Of a stretch of DNA of 64,000 bases, positions 20,006 to 30,025 are shown in pieces. The DNA is from Flavobacteriaceae bacterium (GTDB lineage: Bacteria > Bacteroidota > Bacteroidia > Flavobacteriales > Flavobacteriaceae), in the NCBI GenBank assembly GCA_029246125.1, contig JAQWNZ010000057.1, positions 3,804-67,803 on the forward strand, given 5' to 3'. A model generated the notes under the pieces. The model was given only the letters and a program-made list of their open reading frames with translations, had not been told where the DNA came from and made no database searches. The number at the start of each line of letters is the position of its first letter. The first letter of the stretch is position 1. The translations under genes and the position numbers were made by a program.

Positions 20006-20623
20006 TTATAATTTAATTCCCATAAAACTCATAAAACCCAGTGCCATTAAACCAGTTATGATAAACGTAATTCCTAAACCTCTAAGTGGTGCTGGCACAT
20101 TAGAATAAACGATTTTTTCTCGGATTGCTGCAATTGCTAAGATGGCTAATAACCACCCAATACCTGAACCCAGCCCATAAACTGCTGATTCTGCAATTCC
20201 AGAAAAGTCTTTTTGTTGCATAAATAAAGATCCTCCTAGAATAGCACAATTTACTGCAATTAGTGGGAGAAAAATTCCCAAGGCACCGTAAAGTGCTGGA
20301 GCAAATTTTTCCACAATCATTTCAACTAATTGCACCATAGAAGCTATGACCGCAATAAACATTATAAAGCTTAGAAAGCTTAAATCAAGATCAGCGTATT
20401 GAGGTCCTAACCATGATAAAGCTCCAGATTGGAGTAAATAGGTGTCTAGTAAGTAGTTAATAGGTACCGTAATTGCCAAAACAAAGATTACAGCAAAGCC
20501 AAGTCCTACTGCAGTTTTAACAGTTTTTGACACCGCTAAATAAGAACACATCCCCAAAAAATATGCAAAAATCATGTTCTCAATAAAAATACTTTTGACA
20601 AATAAGTTTAAATAGGATTCCAT
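20006..20623 (-). CDS. nqrE: Na+-NQR subunit E
   Basis: 205-aa polytopic NqrE/RnfA-family protein in operon order. Confidence 0.93.
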   Translation of the reverse strand: MESYLNLFVKSIFIENMIFAYFLGMCSYLAVSKTVKTAVGLGFAVIFVLAITVPINYLLDTYLLQSGALSWLGPQYADLDLSFLSFIMFIAVIASMVQLVEMIVEKFAPALYGALGIFLPLIAVNCAILGGSLFMQQKDFSGIAESAVYGLGSGIGWLLAILAIAAIREKIVYSNVPAPLRGLGITFIITGLMALGFMSFMGIKL

Positions 20624-20632
20624 AATTTACTC

Positions 20633-21328
20633 TTAATTTTTTTCTATTAAAATTCTATTTCGTGAACGCTGAATCCAAATTAAAATTCCAACAGTAATCA
20701 ATGCCATAGGAGACAGCAGCATCAATCCATTGTTTACATATCCCATTTCATAAATCACTTCTGGAATCACCTGAAAACCAAATAATTTTCCTGAACCAAA
20801 CAATTCTCTAAAAAAAGCTACTAAAATTAAAATCACTCCGTAACCAACTGCATTTCCAATACCATCTAAAAAGGATTTCCATACTCCATTACCAAGTGCA
20901 AAGGCCTCTAATCTTCCCATTACGATACAGTTTGTAATAATCAGTCCAATAAATATTGATAGTTCCTTACTGACGTCGTAGGCAAATGCTCTTAAGATTT
21001 GATCTACTAAAATTACCATAGATGCCACCACAACCAATTGAACAATAATTCTGATTCGATTTGGAATTAGATTTCTTAAAAGAGATATAATTACATTACT
21101 TGCTGCCATTACTGCCATAACTGAAATACTCATAACAACTGCAGGCTTTAATTGTACTGTGATTGCTAATGCCGAACAAATGCCTAGAACCTGAACAGTA
21201 ATTGGATTGTTATCATCCATAGGATCAGAAAGCAACTTTCTGTTCTTTTTTGAAAACAACGGTTCTCTTTCCTTATTTACAAAAAGTAAAGTTGGATTTT
21301 TATCGAGTTTTGATTTATTTTTTCTCAT
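20633..21328 (-). CDS. nqrD: Na+-NQR subunit D
   Basis: NqrD/RnfE-family polytopic protein (NPITVQVLGICSALA...) in operon order. Confidence 0.93.
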   Translation of the reverse strand: MRKNKSKLDKNPTLLFVNKEREPLFSKKNRKLLSDPMDDNNPITVQVLGICSALAITVQLKPAVVMSISVMAVMAASNVIISLLRNLIPNRIRIIVQLVVVASMVILVDQILRAFAYDVSKELSIFIGLIITNCIVMGRLEAFALGNGVWKSFLDGIGNAVGYGVILILVAFFRELFGSGKLFGFQVIPEVIYEMGYVNNGLMLLSPMALITVGILIWIQRSRNRILIEKN

Positions 21329-21332
21329 TAAA

Positions 21333-22064
21333 CTATTGATTTAAAGCCACCGTTGTATTTTCTGCCTTTAGATAGGGTAGATAATGTTTAAATCTTTCAA
21401 GGATCATGTCAGTCACTCCATCTCCTGTTATTGTTGCTCCTGAAATAGCATCAACTTCATGATCGTCTTTATCTTTGTCTTTTGGATCATTATTAGTCTT
21501 AGAAACACTTATGCCAACAAGTTGTCCTTGGGCATTAAATAATTTTTCTCCTACAAATCGATCTTGAAACCATTGTTGGGTGATCTCTGCACCTAAACCT
21601 GCAGTCTCTCCTTTATGGTCAAAAACTGCACCTTGAATAGTATTTCTGTCTTCTTTTAAAGCAATATATCCCCAAATAGCATCCCATAATCCTACTCCTC
21701 TTAAGGGAACTATATAGTATTTACTACCATCTGCATTCGCTTCATACAAGGGAAAGCGTTGTTCAACTACAGGTTTTTTTATTTCATTTTTTAGGCTGAT
21801 CTCAAACGCATTTACATTCTGATCGATATCACCTGAAGCTTTTAGGGAAAGTTGTGCGGTAATATACTCTTTATAAAGTGGCTCTGCTTTCTCACGGTCA
21901 GTTTCAATTCCTATAGTTGATAAAATATTTTGCATTTTTTCCTTTCGAACATTAGAATCTTGAAGATCTTTCAATGAACTTGCCGTAAAAGCAAGTGAAG
22001 AAGCGACCACCAAAACCATTAGTGTTGCGAAAATAAAGGTATATGCATTACTATCTCTATTCAT
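21333..22064 (-). CDS. nqrC: Na+-NQR subunit C
   Basis: Single N-terminal TM segment. Canonical FMN-attachment site DAISGATITGDGV. ATG 22064 (MNRDSNAY...) avoids the 26-nt overlap with nqrB implied by the track start at 22091. Confidence 0.93.
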   Translation of the reverse strand: MNRDSNAYTFIFATLMVLVVASSLAFTASSLKDLQDSNVRKEKMQNILSTIGIETDREKAEPLYKEYITAQLSLKASGDIDQNVNAFEISLKNEIKKPVVEQRFPLYEANADGSKYYIVPLRGVGLWDAIWGYIALKEDRNTIQGAVFDHKGETAGLGAEITQQWFQDRFVGEKLFNAQGQLVGISVSKTNNDPKDKDKDDHEVDAISGATITGDGVTDMILERFKHYLPYLKAENTTVALNQ

Positions 22065-22065
22065 A

Positions 22066-23226
22066 TTATGCAGTTTTAAGTTCTTGTGCATTGATCCAGC
22101 GTTTTTTACGCTTATTTATATTCCCGTTCACTACATAGTGATCAATAGTTGGTGCAAATACATTCATCAGTAAAATAGCCAACATAACACCTTCTGGGTA
22201 TGCTGGATTGAAAACACGAATCATTATACAAAAAATTCCAGTAAGAATTCCATAAATCCACTTCCCCTTATTGGTTTGAGCAGCAGATACAGGATCGGTA
22301 GCCATAAATACAATCCCAAAAGCAAAACCTCCTACAATCAAGTGATTCATCCAAGAGAAACTCATTAACGCATTAGCTCCCCATAAGTTAAACAATATGC
22401 CCATAATAGCTGCACCGATAATTCCACCTGTAATTATACGCCAACTTCCGATCCCTGTGAGAATTAAAATTAAAGCACCCACAACAACCCAAAGTGTTGA
22501 AGTTTCGGCAATAGATCCAGGAATAGATCCTTGAAACATTTGTATCATTGAATAATTTACATCTTGTCCTGCTGCAAGACTTCCTAGGATTGTTTCACCT
22601 GATATTCCATCTACATTACTAGCTTCAGAAACCCATACTTTATTTCCTGACATATAAGTTGGATAAGCGAAAAAGGCAAACGCCCTCGCTGTAAGTGCAG
22701 GGTTAAGAATATTCATTCCTGTACCTCCAAAAGCTTCTTTAGCTATTAAAACAGCAAATGCTGTTGAAATACCAACCATCCATAATGGAATATCTACAGG
22801 CATAATCATAGGAATAAGTAAACCCGTAACTAGATAACCTTCGTTTACTTCATGTCCTCTGTAAACAGCAAATCCAAATTCAATAGAAAGACCCACAACA
22901 TATGAAACAATAATCATTGGAACAATTTTCCAAGCCCCATGAATAAAAGCATCAATAAAAGTGAAGGGCTCATCAGTCTGAATATAATATTGATAGCCAG
23001 TATTGTAAATACCGTAAATCAAAGCGGGTAATAAAGCAATAATTACTGTAACCATTGTTCTTTTTAGATCAACAGCATCACGAATATGAGCTCCTTTTTT
23101 AGTTATGTGATTGGGAACAAACAAAAAAGTTTCAAAAGCAGTAAATGCTGGTGCAAACTTTTCAAATTTCTGCCCTTTACCAAAAGGCTTTTTTAGAGTG
23201 TCTAATTGTTTTCTTAAAGCATTCAT
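22066..23226 (-). CDS. nqrB: Na+-NQR subunit B
   Basis: NqrB/RnfD-family polytopic protein. The expected flavinylation site reads DGISGETIL (SGET instead of SGAT; see findings). Confidence 0.93.
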   Translation of the reverse strand: MNALRKQLDTLKKPFGKGQKFEKFAPAFTAFETFLFVPNHITKKGAHIRDAVDLKRTMVTVIIALLPALIYGIYNTGYQYYIQTDEPFTFIDAFIHGAWKIVPMIIVSYVVGLSIEFGFAVYRGHEVNEGYLVTGLLIPMIMPVDIPLWMVGISTAFAVLIAKEAFGGTGMNILNPALTARAFAFFAYPTYMSGNKVWVSEASNVDGISGETILGSLAAGQDVNYSMIQMFQGSIPGSIAETSTLWVVVGALILILTGIGSWRIITGGIIGAAIMGILFNLWGANALMSFSWMNHLIVGGFAFGIVFMATDPVSAAQTNKGKWIYGILTGIFCIMIRVFNPAYPEGVMLAILLMNVFAPTIDHYVVNGNINKRKKRWINAQELKTA

Positions 23227-23236
23227 ATTGGAAATT

Positions 23237-24595
23237 TTAACCTACTTCATTTATCATTAACTCAATTCCTTCACGGATAATTTCTTGTGCCTCAATTTTG
23301 GATGTATTTGCATAATCAATTAAACCAAAATCCTCTGGAACAACTTCATAAATTCCGAGAGCTTCCATTTTTTCTATATCTTCAACTATACATGCTTTAA
23401 TAAGCTGCATGGGATATATGTCTAATGGAAATACCTTTTCCATTTCTCCAGTAACTACTAGTGCTCGCTCTTCACCATTTATGTTGGTATCAACCTCAAA
23501 ATCTTTCTTTTTGAAAAGACGAGAAAATGATGTGTTGGAAAGGCTCAAAATATTGTTGTCTTTGAAAGGCAACCATCCAAACATACGATAATCATTCCCT
23601 TCAGGAATTACACTTATTTGATTGTTGAAGTATCCAAGATGTCCATCCAAACAACTGATAGTGCCTGTTAGTACATCTCCATTAATTACTCTATTTTGAT
23701 CATAAAGCAATTTGAATTCATTTAAAATAGGTTGTAATTCAGCACCCTGTTTTGTAACAATATATTTAGGTTGTTCAACTGAATTTCCGGTTATAGCTAT
23801 TGTTCGTTTTGGGCTAAATTTTCCTGTACTTAAAAAACAACCTAATTTTACAACATCTTCCGGATTGACAGTCCAAACACGGTCACCCATGTTTAAGGGA
23901 GCTAATTCTTGTATATGCAGGCTGATATTTCCTGCAGGATGTAGTCCAGAAACAGTGTAGTGTTGCACATCTGAAATATTTTTAAACATTCCTGGAAAAG
24001 AGGCATCTGTTCCAAGAAATACATGCTGATCTGATAATTTATTTAGTGCAGATATTCCATTTTGAAAATCTTCAATTTCTTTATTAAGAATAAAATCAAA
24101 ATCTGGACATAATGGATTTGTTGTATGAGTTGACACAAAAATAGCCTTGGGGGTTTCGTTAGGATTGGCGATAGTCCCATAAGGGCGTTGATGTATAAAT
24201 GGCCAATTGCCACTGTCTAAAATAAGTTTTTTTAACTCATCTCTATTAAGATTTTCCCAGTTACTTACTTCATGTAATTCACTATTTTCATTCGATGAAC
24301 TGGAAATGATGATTTTTTCAATTTTTCTTCTTGCCCCGCGCTCTATAGACTTAATAAAACCAGATACTGGTGAAACGAATTTTATACGAGGCTCATTCTT
24401 ACTAAAAAAAACAGGCTCACCAGTTTTTATTTCCTCACCTTCCTTTTTCAAAAGCTTAGGTAGAATACCAAAAAAATCATCTGGTTTTAGAGCATAAGTT
24501 TTTGAAGGATGTGTTTTTTTAAAAACTTTTTCAGCCTCACCTTTGATGTTTAGCTTTGCTCCCTTTCGAGTTTGAATTTTTTTAATTATTCTCAT
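23237..24595 (-). CDS. nqrA: Na+-NQR subunit A
   Basis: NqrA-family N-terminus MRIIKKIQTRKGAKLNIKGEAEK. The track start (24619) abuts a TAAATTTG -7 box, so ATG 24595 is preferred. Confidence 0.93.
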   Translation of the reverse strand: MRIIKKIQTRKGAKLNIKGEAEKVFKKTHPSKTYALKPDDFFGILPKLLKKEGEEIKTGEPVFFSKNEPRIKFVSPVSGFIKSIERGARRKIEKIIISSSSNENSELHEVSNWENLNRDELKKLILDSGNWPFIHQRPYGTIANPNETPKAIFVSTHTTNPLCPDFDFILNKEIEDFQNGISALNKLSDQHVFLGTDASFPGMFKNISDVQHYTVSGLHPAGNISLHIQELAPLNMGDRVWTVNPEDVVKLGCFLSTGKFSPKRTIAITGNSVEQPKYIVTKQGAELQPILNEFKLLYDQNRVINGDVLTGTISCLDGHLGYFNNQISVIPEGNDYRMFGWLPFKDNNILSLSNTSFSRLFKKKDFEVDTNINGEERALVVTGEMEKVFPLDIYPMQLIKACIVEDIEKMEALGIYEVVPEDFGLIDYANTSKIEAQEIIREGIELMINEVG

Positions 24596-24620
24596 TAAAA
24601 AATTAGAATCTAAAATCATG

Positions 24621-24628
24621 CAAATTTA
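24621..24628 (-). promoter_or_regulatory. candidate -7 promoter box (TAAATTTG) of the nqr operon
   Basis: TAnnTTTG match on the minus strand, 25 nt upstream of ATG 24595. No clear -33 TTG. Confidence 0.3.
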
Positions 24629-24764
24629 CTAATAAACCCTCTTTTTATTTAGTCATAGTTTGAGTAAATGAGTTATTTATATTCGTTCTAAATAAGTGTT
24701 TAAGTATTTCTTTCGAAAGAGGTGTATTTGGTCAACACAAGCTGAACAATTACATTTACATTTT

Positions 24765-26021
24765 ATGAAAAGTTATATAGATAAACTAACCCTTTTTTTC
24801 ATACTGATAAATTTTTTTTGTGTTGCACAGAAGCAAAAAAAATTTGCTACGCCTAAAAATATTAAATCGGTTCAATTTGAGGGAATAGATAATAGGGATA
24901 TTTTTCCAATAGTTGCACTAGGTGAACAGATTACTTTGCAATTTGATGATTTAGATGCGGACGAAGCTGATTACTACTACAGAATTAAACACTACAATAG
25001 TGACTGGACTCCATCTCAACTTTTTCAAAATGAATATTTAGAAGGATATGACAACTTGAGAATTGAAAACTATATAACTTCTTTCAATACACTTCAACAC
25101 TATACACACTACATTCTGAAAATCCCTAATCAAAACGTTAAACTAAAAGTATCTGGAAATTATATTATCGAAATCTATTCTGCATACAATGAGTTAGTCT
25201 TCTCTAGAAGGTTTTGTATTTATGAAAATAAATCATCCGTTCAGGCTAGAGTTTTCAGGCCTCAAAATATGGACCGTTTTAACTCTCACCAGTCCATTCA
25301 TTTTTCAGTTACTCCAAAGGGTCATTTTTTTATAAATCCTGAAGAAAATATTAAAGTTATCATTCTTCAAAATCAACAATGGAATGAGCCTATTACAGAT
25401 ATAAAACCTCAATATTTTAATGGAAATACACTTGATTACCGATACGAAAAATCTACTCAATTTGAGGGTGGAAATGAGTATTATTTCTTTGACACAAAAG
25501 ATCTAAGAATAACAACACCAAACATAGTTTATACAAATCGTTCAGAGCAATACGAATCTTATCTCAAAACTGATATAATTAGAAATCTTTTAGATTACAG
25601 CTTTGCGCCTGATATAAATGGTGATTTTAAAATAAGGAATGTGATGCGCCCAGGAGATCCCAATACAAGTGAGGATTATAGCTTTGTTTATTTTAGTCTT
25701 GCCTATCCTTATGAGCTAGATCAAAACGAAGAAATTTATATTTATGGAGCATTTAACAATTTTGAGTTAAGTGATCTTAACAAACTTTATTTTAACCCCT
25801 CTTTAGAAGTCTACGAAGGAGTTTTATATTTAAAGCAAGGGTTTTATAATTATAAATATGTTTTAAATCAAAAAGGCATATTAAATAAAAATGCGTTAAG
25901 TGGTTCACATGCTTTAACTGAAAACGATTATCTTATCCTTGTGTATTACAGGAATATAGGGGCTCAGTATGATGCTTTAGTTGGTATTGGGAGAGCAAAT
26001 TCATTTGAATTGCAAAATTAA
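24765..26021 (+). CDS. DUF5103 / type IX secretion system plug-like protein
   Basis: Signal peptide (LTLFFILINFFCVAQ). FDDLDADEADYYYRIKHYNSDWTPSQL...SGNYIIEIY matches my recollection of the DUF5103 (T9SS plug N-terminal domain) pattern. ATG 24765 preferred over the track start. Confidence 0.55.
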   Translation: MKSYIDKLTLFFILINFFCVAQKQKKFATPKNIKSVQFEGIDNRDIFPIVALGEQITLQFDDLDADEADYYYRIKHYNSDWTPSQLFQNEYLEGYDNLRIENYITSFNTLQHYTHYILKIPNQNVKLKVSGNYIIEIYSAYNELVFSRRFCIYENKSSVQARVFRPQNMDRFNSHQSIHFSVTPKGHFFINPEENIKVIILQNQQWNEPITDIKPQYFNGNTLDYRYEKSTQFEGGNEYYFFDTKDLRITTPNIVYTNRSEQYESYLKTDIIRNLLDYSFAPDINGDFKIRNVMRPGDPNTSEDYSFVYFSLAYPYELDQNEEIYIYGAFNNFELSDLNKLYFNPSLEVYEGVLYLKQGFYNYKYVLNQKGILNKNALSGSHALTENDYLILVYYRNIGAQYDALVGIGRANSFELQN

Positions 26022-26089
26022 ACCATTTTGTTTGCTAACTAATTGGTTTTTATTAACTTTAGTTTCAAGATTATTTTTAATAAAAAGTT

Positions 26090-26476
26090 GTGATACAACA
26101 AATTACGAGAGGAATAAAAATTACGGTAGAATCAAAATTTGAAGGGAGTTTTCTAAAAAAACAAATTCTTCACCACGCTTTTATGTATCATATTACAATT
26201 GAAAATCAAAGTAAAGATGTTGTTCAACTACTATCGCGCCACTGGAAAATTCTAGAATCAATGAACAGCCCCCAATATGTAAATGGCAATGGAGTTGTAG
26301 GTAAAAAACCTGTTTTAAAGCCAGGTGGAAATCACACTTATCAGTCCGGAAGCTTAATAACCTCACCATTGGGATCCATGACTGGCACATACATTATGAT
26401 CAATTTTTCTACAGCAAGAAAATTTAATGTTGATGTTCCTAGTTTCAAACTTAGCGTCCCATATTTATTAAACTAA
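26090..26476 (+). CDS. apaG: ApaG (DUF525) protein
   Basis: ITIENQSKDVVQLLSRHWKI...VNGNGVVGKKPVLKPG..YQSG...SPLGSMTGTY is the ApaG signature. GTG start. Confidence 0.82.
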   Translation: MIQQITRGIKITVESKFEGSFLKKQILHHAFMYHITIENQSKDVVQLLSRHWKILESMNSPQYVNGNGVVGKKPVLKPGGNHTYQSGSLITSPLGSMTGTYIMINFSTARKFNVDVPSFKLSVPYLLN

Positions 26477-26481
26477 ATCAT

Positions 26482-26515
26482 TTGTATTTTTCTTAATTTT
26501 TAATCAATACTTTTG
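26482..26515 (+). promoter_or_regulatory. candidate promoter TTG-N23-TACTTTTG
   Basis: TTG at 26482-26484 and TACTTTTG at 26508-26515, 16 nt upstream of the ATG at 26532. Confidence 0.4.
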
Positions 26516-26531
26516 ATCAAAATCTATTCTT

Positions 26532-28160
26532 ATGACTCACAGTATTTCTCAAGTCCCTTTTCCAACTAATGAACCAATATTATCATATGCTTCAGGAAGC
26601 GATGAAAGACAAGAAGTTCTAAAATTTTACCGTCAGCTTTACAAAGCCAATATTGATATTCCAATGAGGATTGGAAGTCGTGATGTTCGTAGTGGAATAA
26701 TTGCAAATATGAATCCTCCACACGATCACAAACACAGTTTAGGTACTTACCACAAAGCCGAAGCAAAACACGTAAAAGAAGCAATTGAAGCCTCTCTAAA
26801 AGCAAAAAAAGCTTGGAGTAAAATGCATTGGGAGTCAAGAGCTTCTATTTTCTTAAAAGCAGCCGAACTTGTAGCTGGCCCATACAGAGCAAAAATTAAC
26901 GCTGCAACTATGTTGGCACAATCCAAAACTATTTATCAAGCTGAAATAGATGCAGCTTGTGAATACATAGACTTTCTTCGGTTTAATGCATATTTTATGC
27001 AGGAAATTTATGAAAATCAACCTGAGAATAGCCAGGGAATATGGAACCGAATAAGTTATCGTCCACTTGAAGGTTTTGTATATGCTGTTAGCCCTTTTAA
27101 CTTTACAGCGATTGCAGGTAATCTTTGTGCAAGTGCAGCCATGATGGGGAATACCGTAGTATGGAAGCCAAGTGATCATCAAGTTTTTTCTGCACAGGTT
27201 TTAATGGAAATTTTTCAGGAAGCAGGACTTCCTGATGGTGTTATAAATATGGTCTTTGGGGATCCTGAAATGATTACAAATACTGTACTTGAAAGTCCAA
27301 ATTTTGCAGGAATCCATTATACGGGATCAACTGAAATATTTAGAGGAATTTGGGGGAAAATTGGAGCTCAAATAAAACGCTACAAATCCTATCCAAGAAT
27401 TGTTGGGGAAACAGGTGGTAAAGATTTTATAATAGCTCATCCTTCTTCAAAAGCAAAAGAGGTAGCAACTGGAATTATTAGAGGAGCTTTTGAATTTCAA
27501 GGACAAAAATGTTCCGCAGCATCAAGAGTATACCTTCCTAAATCTTTAGCAGACAAAATAATTGAAAATTTAATTTCAGATCTAAAGACAATTAAGATGG
27601 GGTCGCCTGAAAATTTTGAAAACTTTATCACTTCAGTAATACACAAAGGTGCTTTTGACAGATTGGCAAATACAATAAAACAAGTTCAAAAAGACAACGA
27701 AGCTGAGATCATTTATGGGGGTAATTTTGATGACAGTATAGGCTATTTTATCCATCCTACAGTAATTCGTACCTCAAACCCAAAATATAACACTATGACC
27801 ACTGAGCTATTTGGGCCAATAGTTACTTTATATGTTTATCAAGATGACGAATGGTCTAAAACTCTTGAGCTGGTGGATAGCACTTCAGAATATGCTTTGA
27901 CTGGGGCCGTTTATTCTCAAGATCGTTATGCACTTGAGGAAGCATTAAATGTTTTAGAAAACAGTGCGGGTAACTTTTACATAAATGACAAACCAACGGG
28001 TGCAGTTGTTGGACAACAACCCTTTGGTGGAGCAAGAGGTTCAGGAACCAATGATAAAGCAGGATCTGCGGCAAATTTACTTCGATGGGTTTCACCTCGT
28101 TTAATAAAAGAAACTTTTGTCCCAGCAAATGATTATCGTTATCCATTTTTAGGTGATTAA
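26532..28160 (+). CDS. pruA: L-glutamate gamma-semialdehyde (1-pyrroline-5-carboxylate) dehydrogenase
   Basis: Aldehyde dehydrogenase family with VGETGGKDF and catalytic Cys in FEFQGQKCSAASR. The 542-aa length and N-terminus are typical of PruA. Confidence 0.9.
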   Translation: MTHSISQVPFPTNEPILSYASGSDERQEVLKFYRQLYKANIDIPMRIGSRDVRSGIIANMNPPHDHKHSLGTYHKAEAKHVKEAIEASLKAKKAWSKMHWESRASIFLKAAELVAGPYRAKINAATMLAQSKTIYQAEIDAACEYIDFLRFNAYFMQEIYENQPENSQGIWNRISYRPLEGFVYAVSPFNFTAIAGNLCASAAMMGNTVVWKPSDHQVFSAQVLMEIFQEAGLPDGVINMVFGDPEMITNTVLESPNFAGIHYTGSTEIFRGIWGKIGAQIKRYKSYPRIVGETGGKDFIIAHPSSKAKEVATGIIRGAFEFQGQKCSAASRVYLPKSLADKIIENLISDLKTIKMGSPENFENFITSVIHKGAFDRLANTIKQVQKDNEAEIIYGGNFDDSIGYFIHPTVIRTSNPKYNTMTTELFGPIVTLYVYQDDEWSKTLELVDSTSEYALTGAVYSQDRYALEEALNVLENSAGNFYINDKPTGAVVGQQPFGGARGSGTNDKAGSAANLLRWVSPRLIKETFVPANDYRYPFLGD

Positions 28161-28238
28161 AACTTTAAAATAATTCTATTGAAAAAATAATTTTAAAGAG
28201 TTACCTGGATGAGTTGGACAGTTTTAGAAATAAAAGAT

Positions 28239-28856
28239 TTATAGCGGTAAGTAAACTACTTTTTTAGTTTTAAAGAATGAATTGGTAAAATAATCCTGGA
28301 GTTCAAAACACTGAGCCTTGGGGAAATTTTGTAATTCTTTCTTAAGTTCACCACCCTTTAAATAAAGAATACCGTTTTTAATAATATGGTTGTTTTTTGA
28401 GCTTATTTTATTTTTGACCCACGGTACAAAAGAATCCATTTTTGTTACTGCTCTACTCACTACAAAGTCAACTTTTTCTTTAAAATCCTCAGCTCGAATT
28501 TGAGAAGCATTAACATTGGTTAACTCTAAATCATGTTTAATTGAATTGACTACATTTATTTTCTTAGCTATAGAGTCTATCAAATAAAAGTGTACTTTTG
28601 GAAATAGAATAGCTAAGGGGACTCCAGGAAATCCCCCACCAGTACCGACATCTAAAATCCGAGAATTATTGTTAAATTGAATAATCTTTGAAATCCCTAG
28701 AGAATGTAAAACATGATGCTCATAAAAAAAATCCATGTCCTTTCTTGATATCAAGTTGATTTGAGAATTCCAAAAAGTATAGAGCTTTTGTAGCTCTTTA
28801 AATTTCTTGATTTGAATTTCATTTAAATTTGGAAAATAATTTAACACATCATCCAT
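28239..28856 (-). CDS. rsmG: 16S rRNA (guanine527-N7)-methyltransferase
   Basis: DVGTGGGFPGVPLAI SAM motif. The NLISRKD...HHVLHSL pattern is typical of GidB/RsmG. Confidence 0.87.
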   Translation of the reverse strand: MDDVLNYFPNLNEIQIKKFKELQKLYTFWNSQINLISRKDMDFFYEHHVLHSLGISKIIQFNNNSRILDVGTGGGFPGVPLAILFPKVHFYLIDSIAKKINVVNSIKHDLELTNVNASQIRAEDFKEKVDFVVSRAVTKMDSFVPWVKNKISSKNNHIIKNGILYLKGGELKKELQNFPKAQCFELQDYFTNSFFKTKKVVYLPL

Positions 28857-28923
28857 ATTGTTTTTTTAAAAGGAGTTTAAATTATAAACTTTTTTAGATT
28901 ATTTTTACATTTCAAAAATATTT

Positions 28924-30018
28924 ATGCAATCTACAGAAAGACTTCGCTTTTCAAGAAAAGACCCCAAAAAATTTTTTAAAACTTTAAATGATCGAGTAAA
29001 TAAATACTTTAAGCAAAATAAGATTGAAAAGACTGGAAATTGGAAACTTTATCTGAAAACACTTGTAATGTTTTTATTATTAATCGCTCCATATGTTTTG
29101 GTTTTAACATTAAGTATTAGTCTTTGGATTAAATTATTACTTTGTATTGTCATGGGATTAGGTATGGCTGGAGTTGGAATGAACGTTATGCATGATGGAA
29201 ATCATGGCTCATTTTCAAAGTATCAATGGATAAATAATTTTATGGGAAGTAGTATTTATTTTCTTGCAGGAAATGTATTTAACTGGAAAATTCAACATAA
29301 TCTTTTACATCACACCTACACAAATATTCATGGACATGATGAGGATCTTGAAGCTGGAAGAATACTCCGCTTTTCAAAACATTCTCAATGGATGCCACAT
29401 CATCGGTTCCAACACCTCTATTCTGTACTTTTATATGGCTTATTAACGTTAAACTGGGCTGTTTTTACAGATTTTCAGCAAATGAAACGATACACCAAGA
29501 GGAAACTATCTTACCTCAACAGTAAGCGTCCTAGCATTCAGTGGACTGGTTTATTTGTAACTAAAATTTTATATTTTTTTATTTGGATTGCATTACCTAT
29601 TATTATAATTGATGCTCCATGGTGGTCTATATTAATTGGTTTTTTAGTTATGCATTACACGGCAGGACTTATCTTAAGCTTGGTCTTTCAGTTAGCGCAC
29701 GTAATGGAAGATGCACAAATGCCAAAACCTGATAAATCTGGCACTATGAAAAATACTTGGGCAATTCACCAACTACTTACTACAGTTAATTTTTCAACAA
29801 AAAACAAAATTCTAAATTGGTTTACAGGGGGGCTAAATCATCAAATTGAACATCATATATTTCCTCATATTAGTCACATTCATTACAACAAAATCGGAGC
29901 CATAGTTAAAAAAACAGCTGAAGAATTTAATCTCCCTTATAACGAATATAGAACAATACAAAGTGCCCTGTTTTCTCACTTCAAATTTTTAAAACAAATG
30001 GGGGTGCAACCCACTTAA
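28924..30018 (+). CDS. membrane fatty acid desaturase (no cytochrome b5 domain)
   Basis: Three histidine boxes (HDGNHG, HNLLHH, HQIEHHIFP) with four TM segments. Confidence 0.82.
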   Translation: MQSTERLRFSRKDPKKFFKTLNDRVNKYFKQNKIEKTGNWKLYLKTLVMFLLLIAPYVLVLTLSISLWIKLLLCIVMGLGMAGVGMNVMHDGNHGSFSKYQWINNFMGSSIYFLAGNVFNWKIQHNLLHHTYTNIHGHDEDLEAGRILRFSKHSQWMPHHRFQHLYSVLLYGLLTLNWAVFTDFQQMKRYTKRKLSYLNSKRPSIQWTGLFVTKILYFFIWIALPIIIIDAPWWSILIGFLVMHYTAGLILSLVFQLAHVMEDAQMPKPDKSGTMKNTWAIHQLLTTVNFSTKNKILNWFTGGLNHQIEHHIFPHISHIHYNKIGAIVKKTAEEFNLPYNEYRTIQSALFSHFKFLKQMGVQPT

Positions 30019-30025
30019 AAATCAA

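Noticed and set aside
18704-24595. The nqr operon plus the pyrophosphatase considered as a possible novel sodium-energetics system
   Set aside because: Na+-NQR with ApbE and membrane PPases are well established in marine Bacteroidota. Only the specific details reported above (SGET motif, the 119-aa ORF, the PPase tail) are unusual.
28163-28198. 13-nt-arm AT-rich inverted repeat (CTTTAAAATAATT ... AATAATTTTAAAG, one mismatch) between convergent pruA and rsmG, a possible bidirectional terminator
   Set aside because: It has only one G-C pair and no distinct U-tract. Such A/T palindromes are common in AT-rich intergenic DNA, so I cannot support a terminator call without folding energies or 3'-end data.
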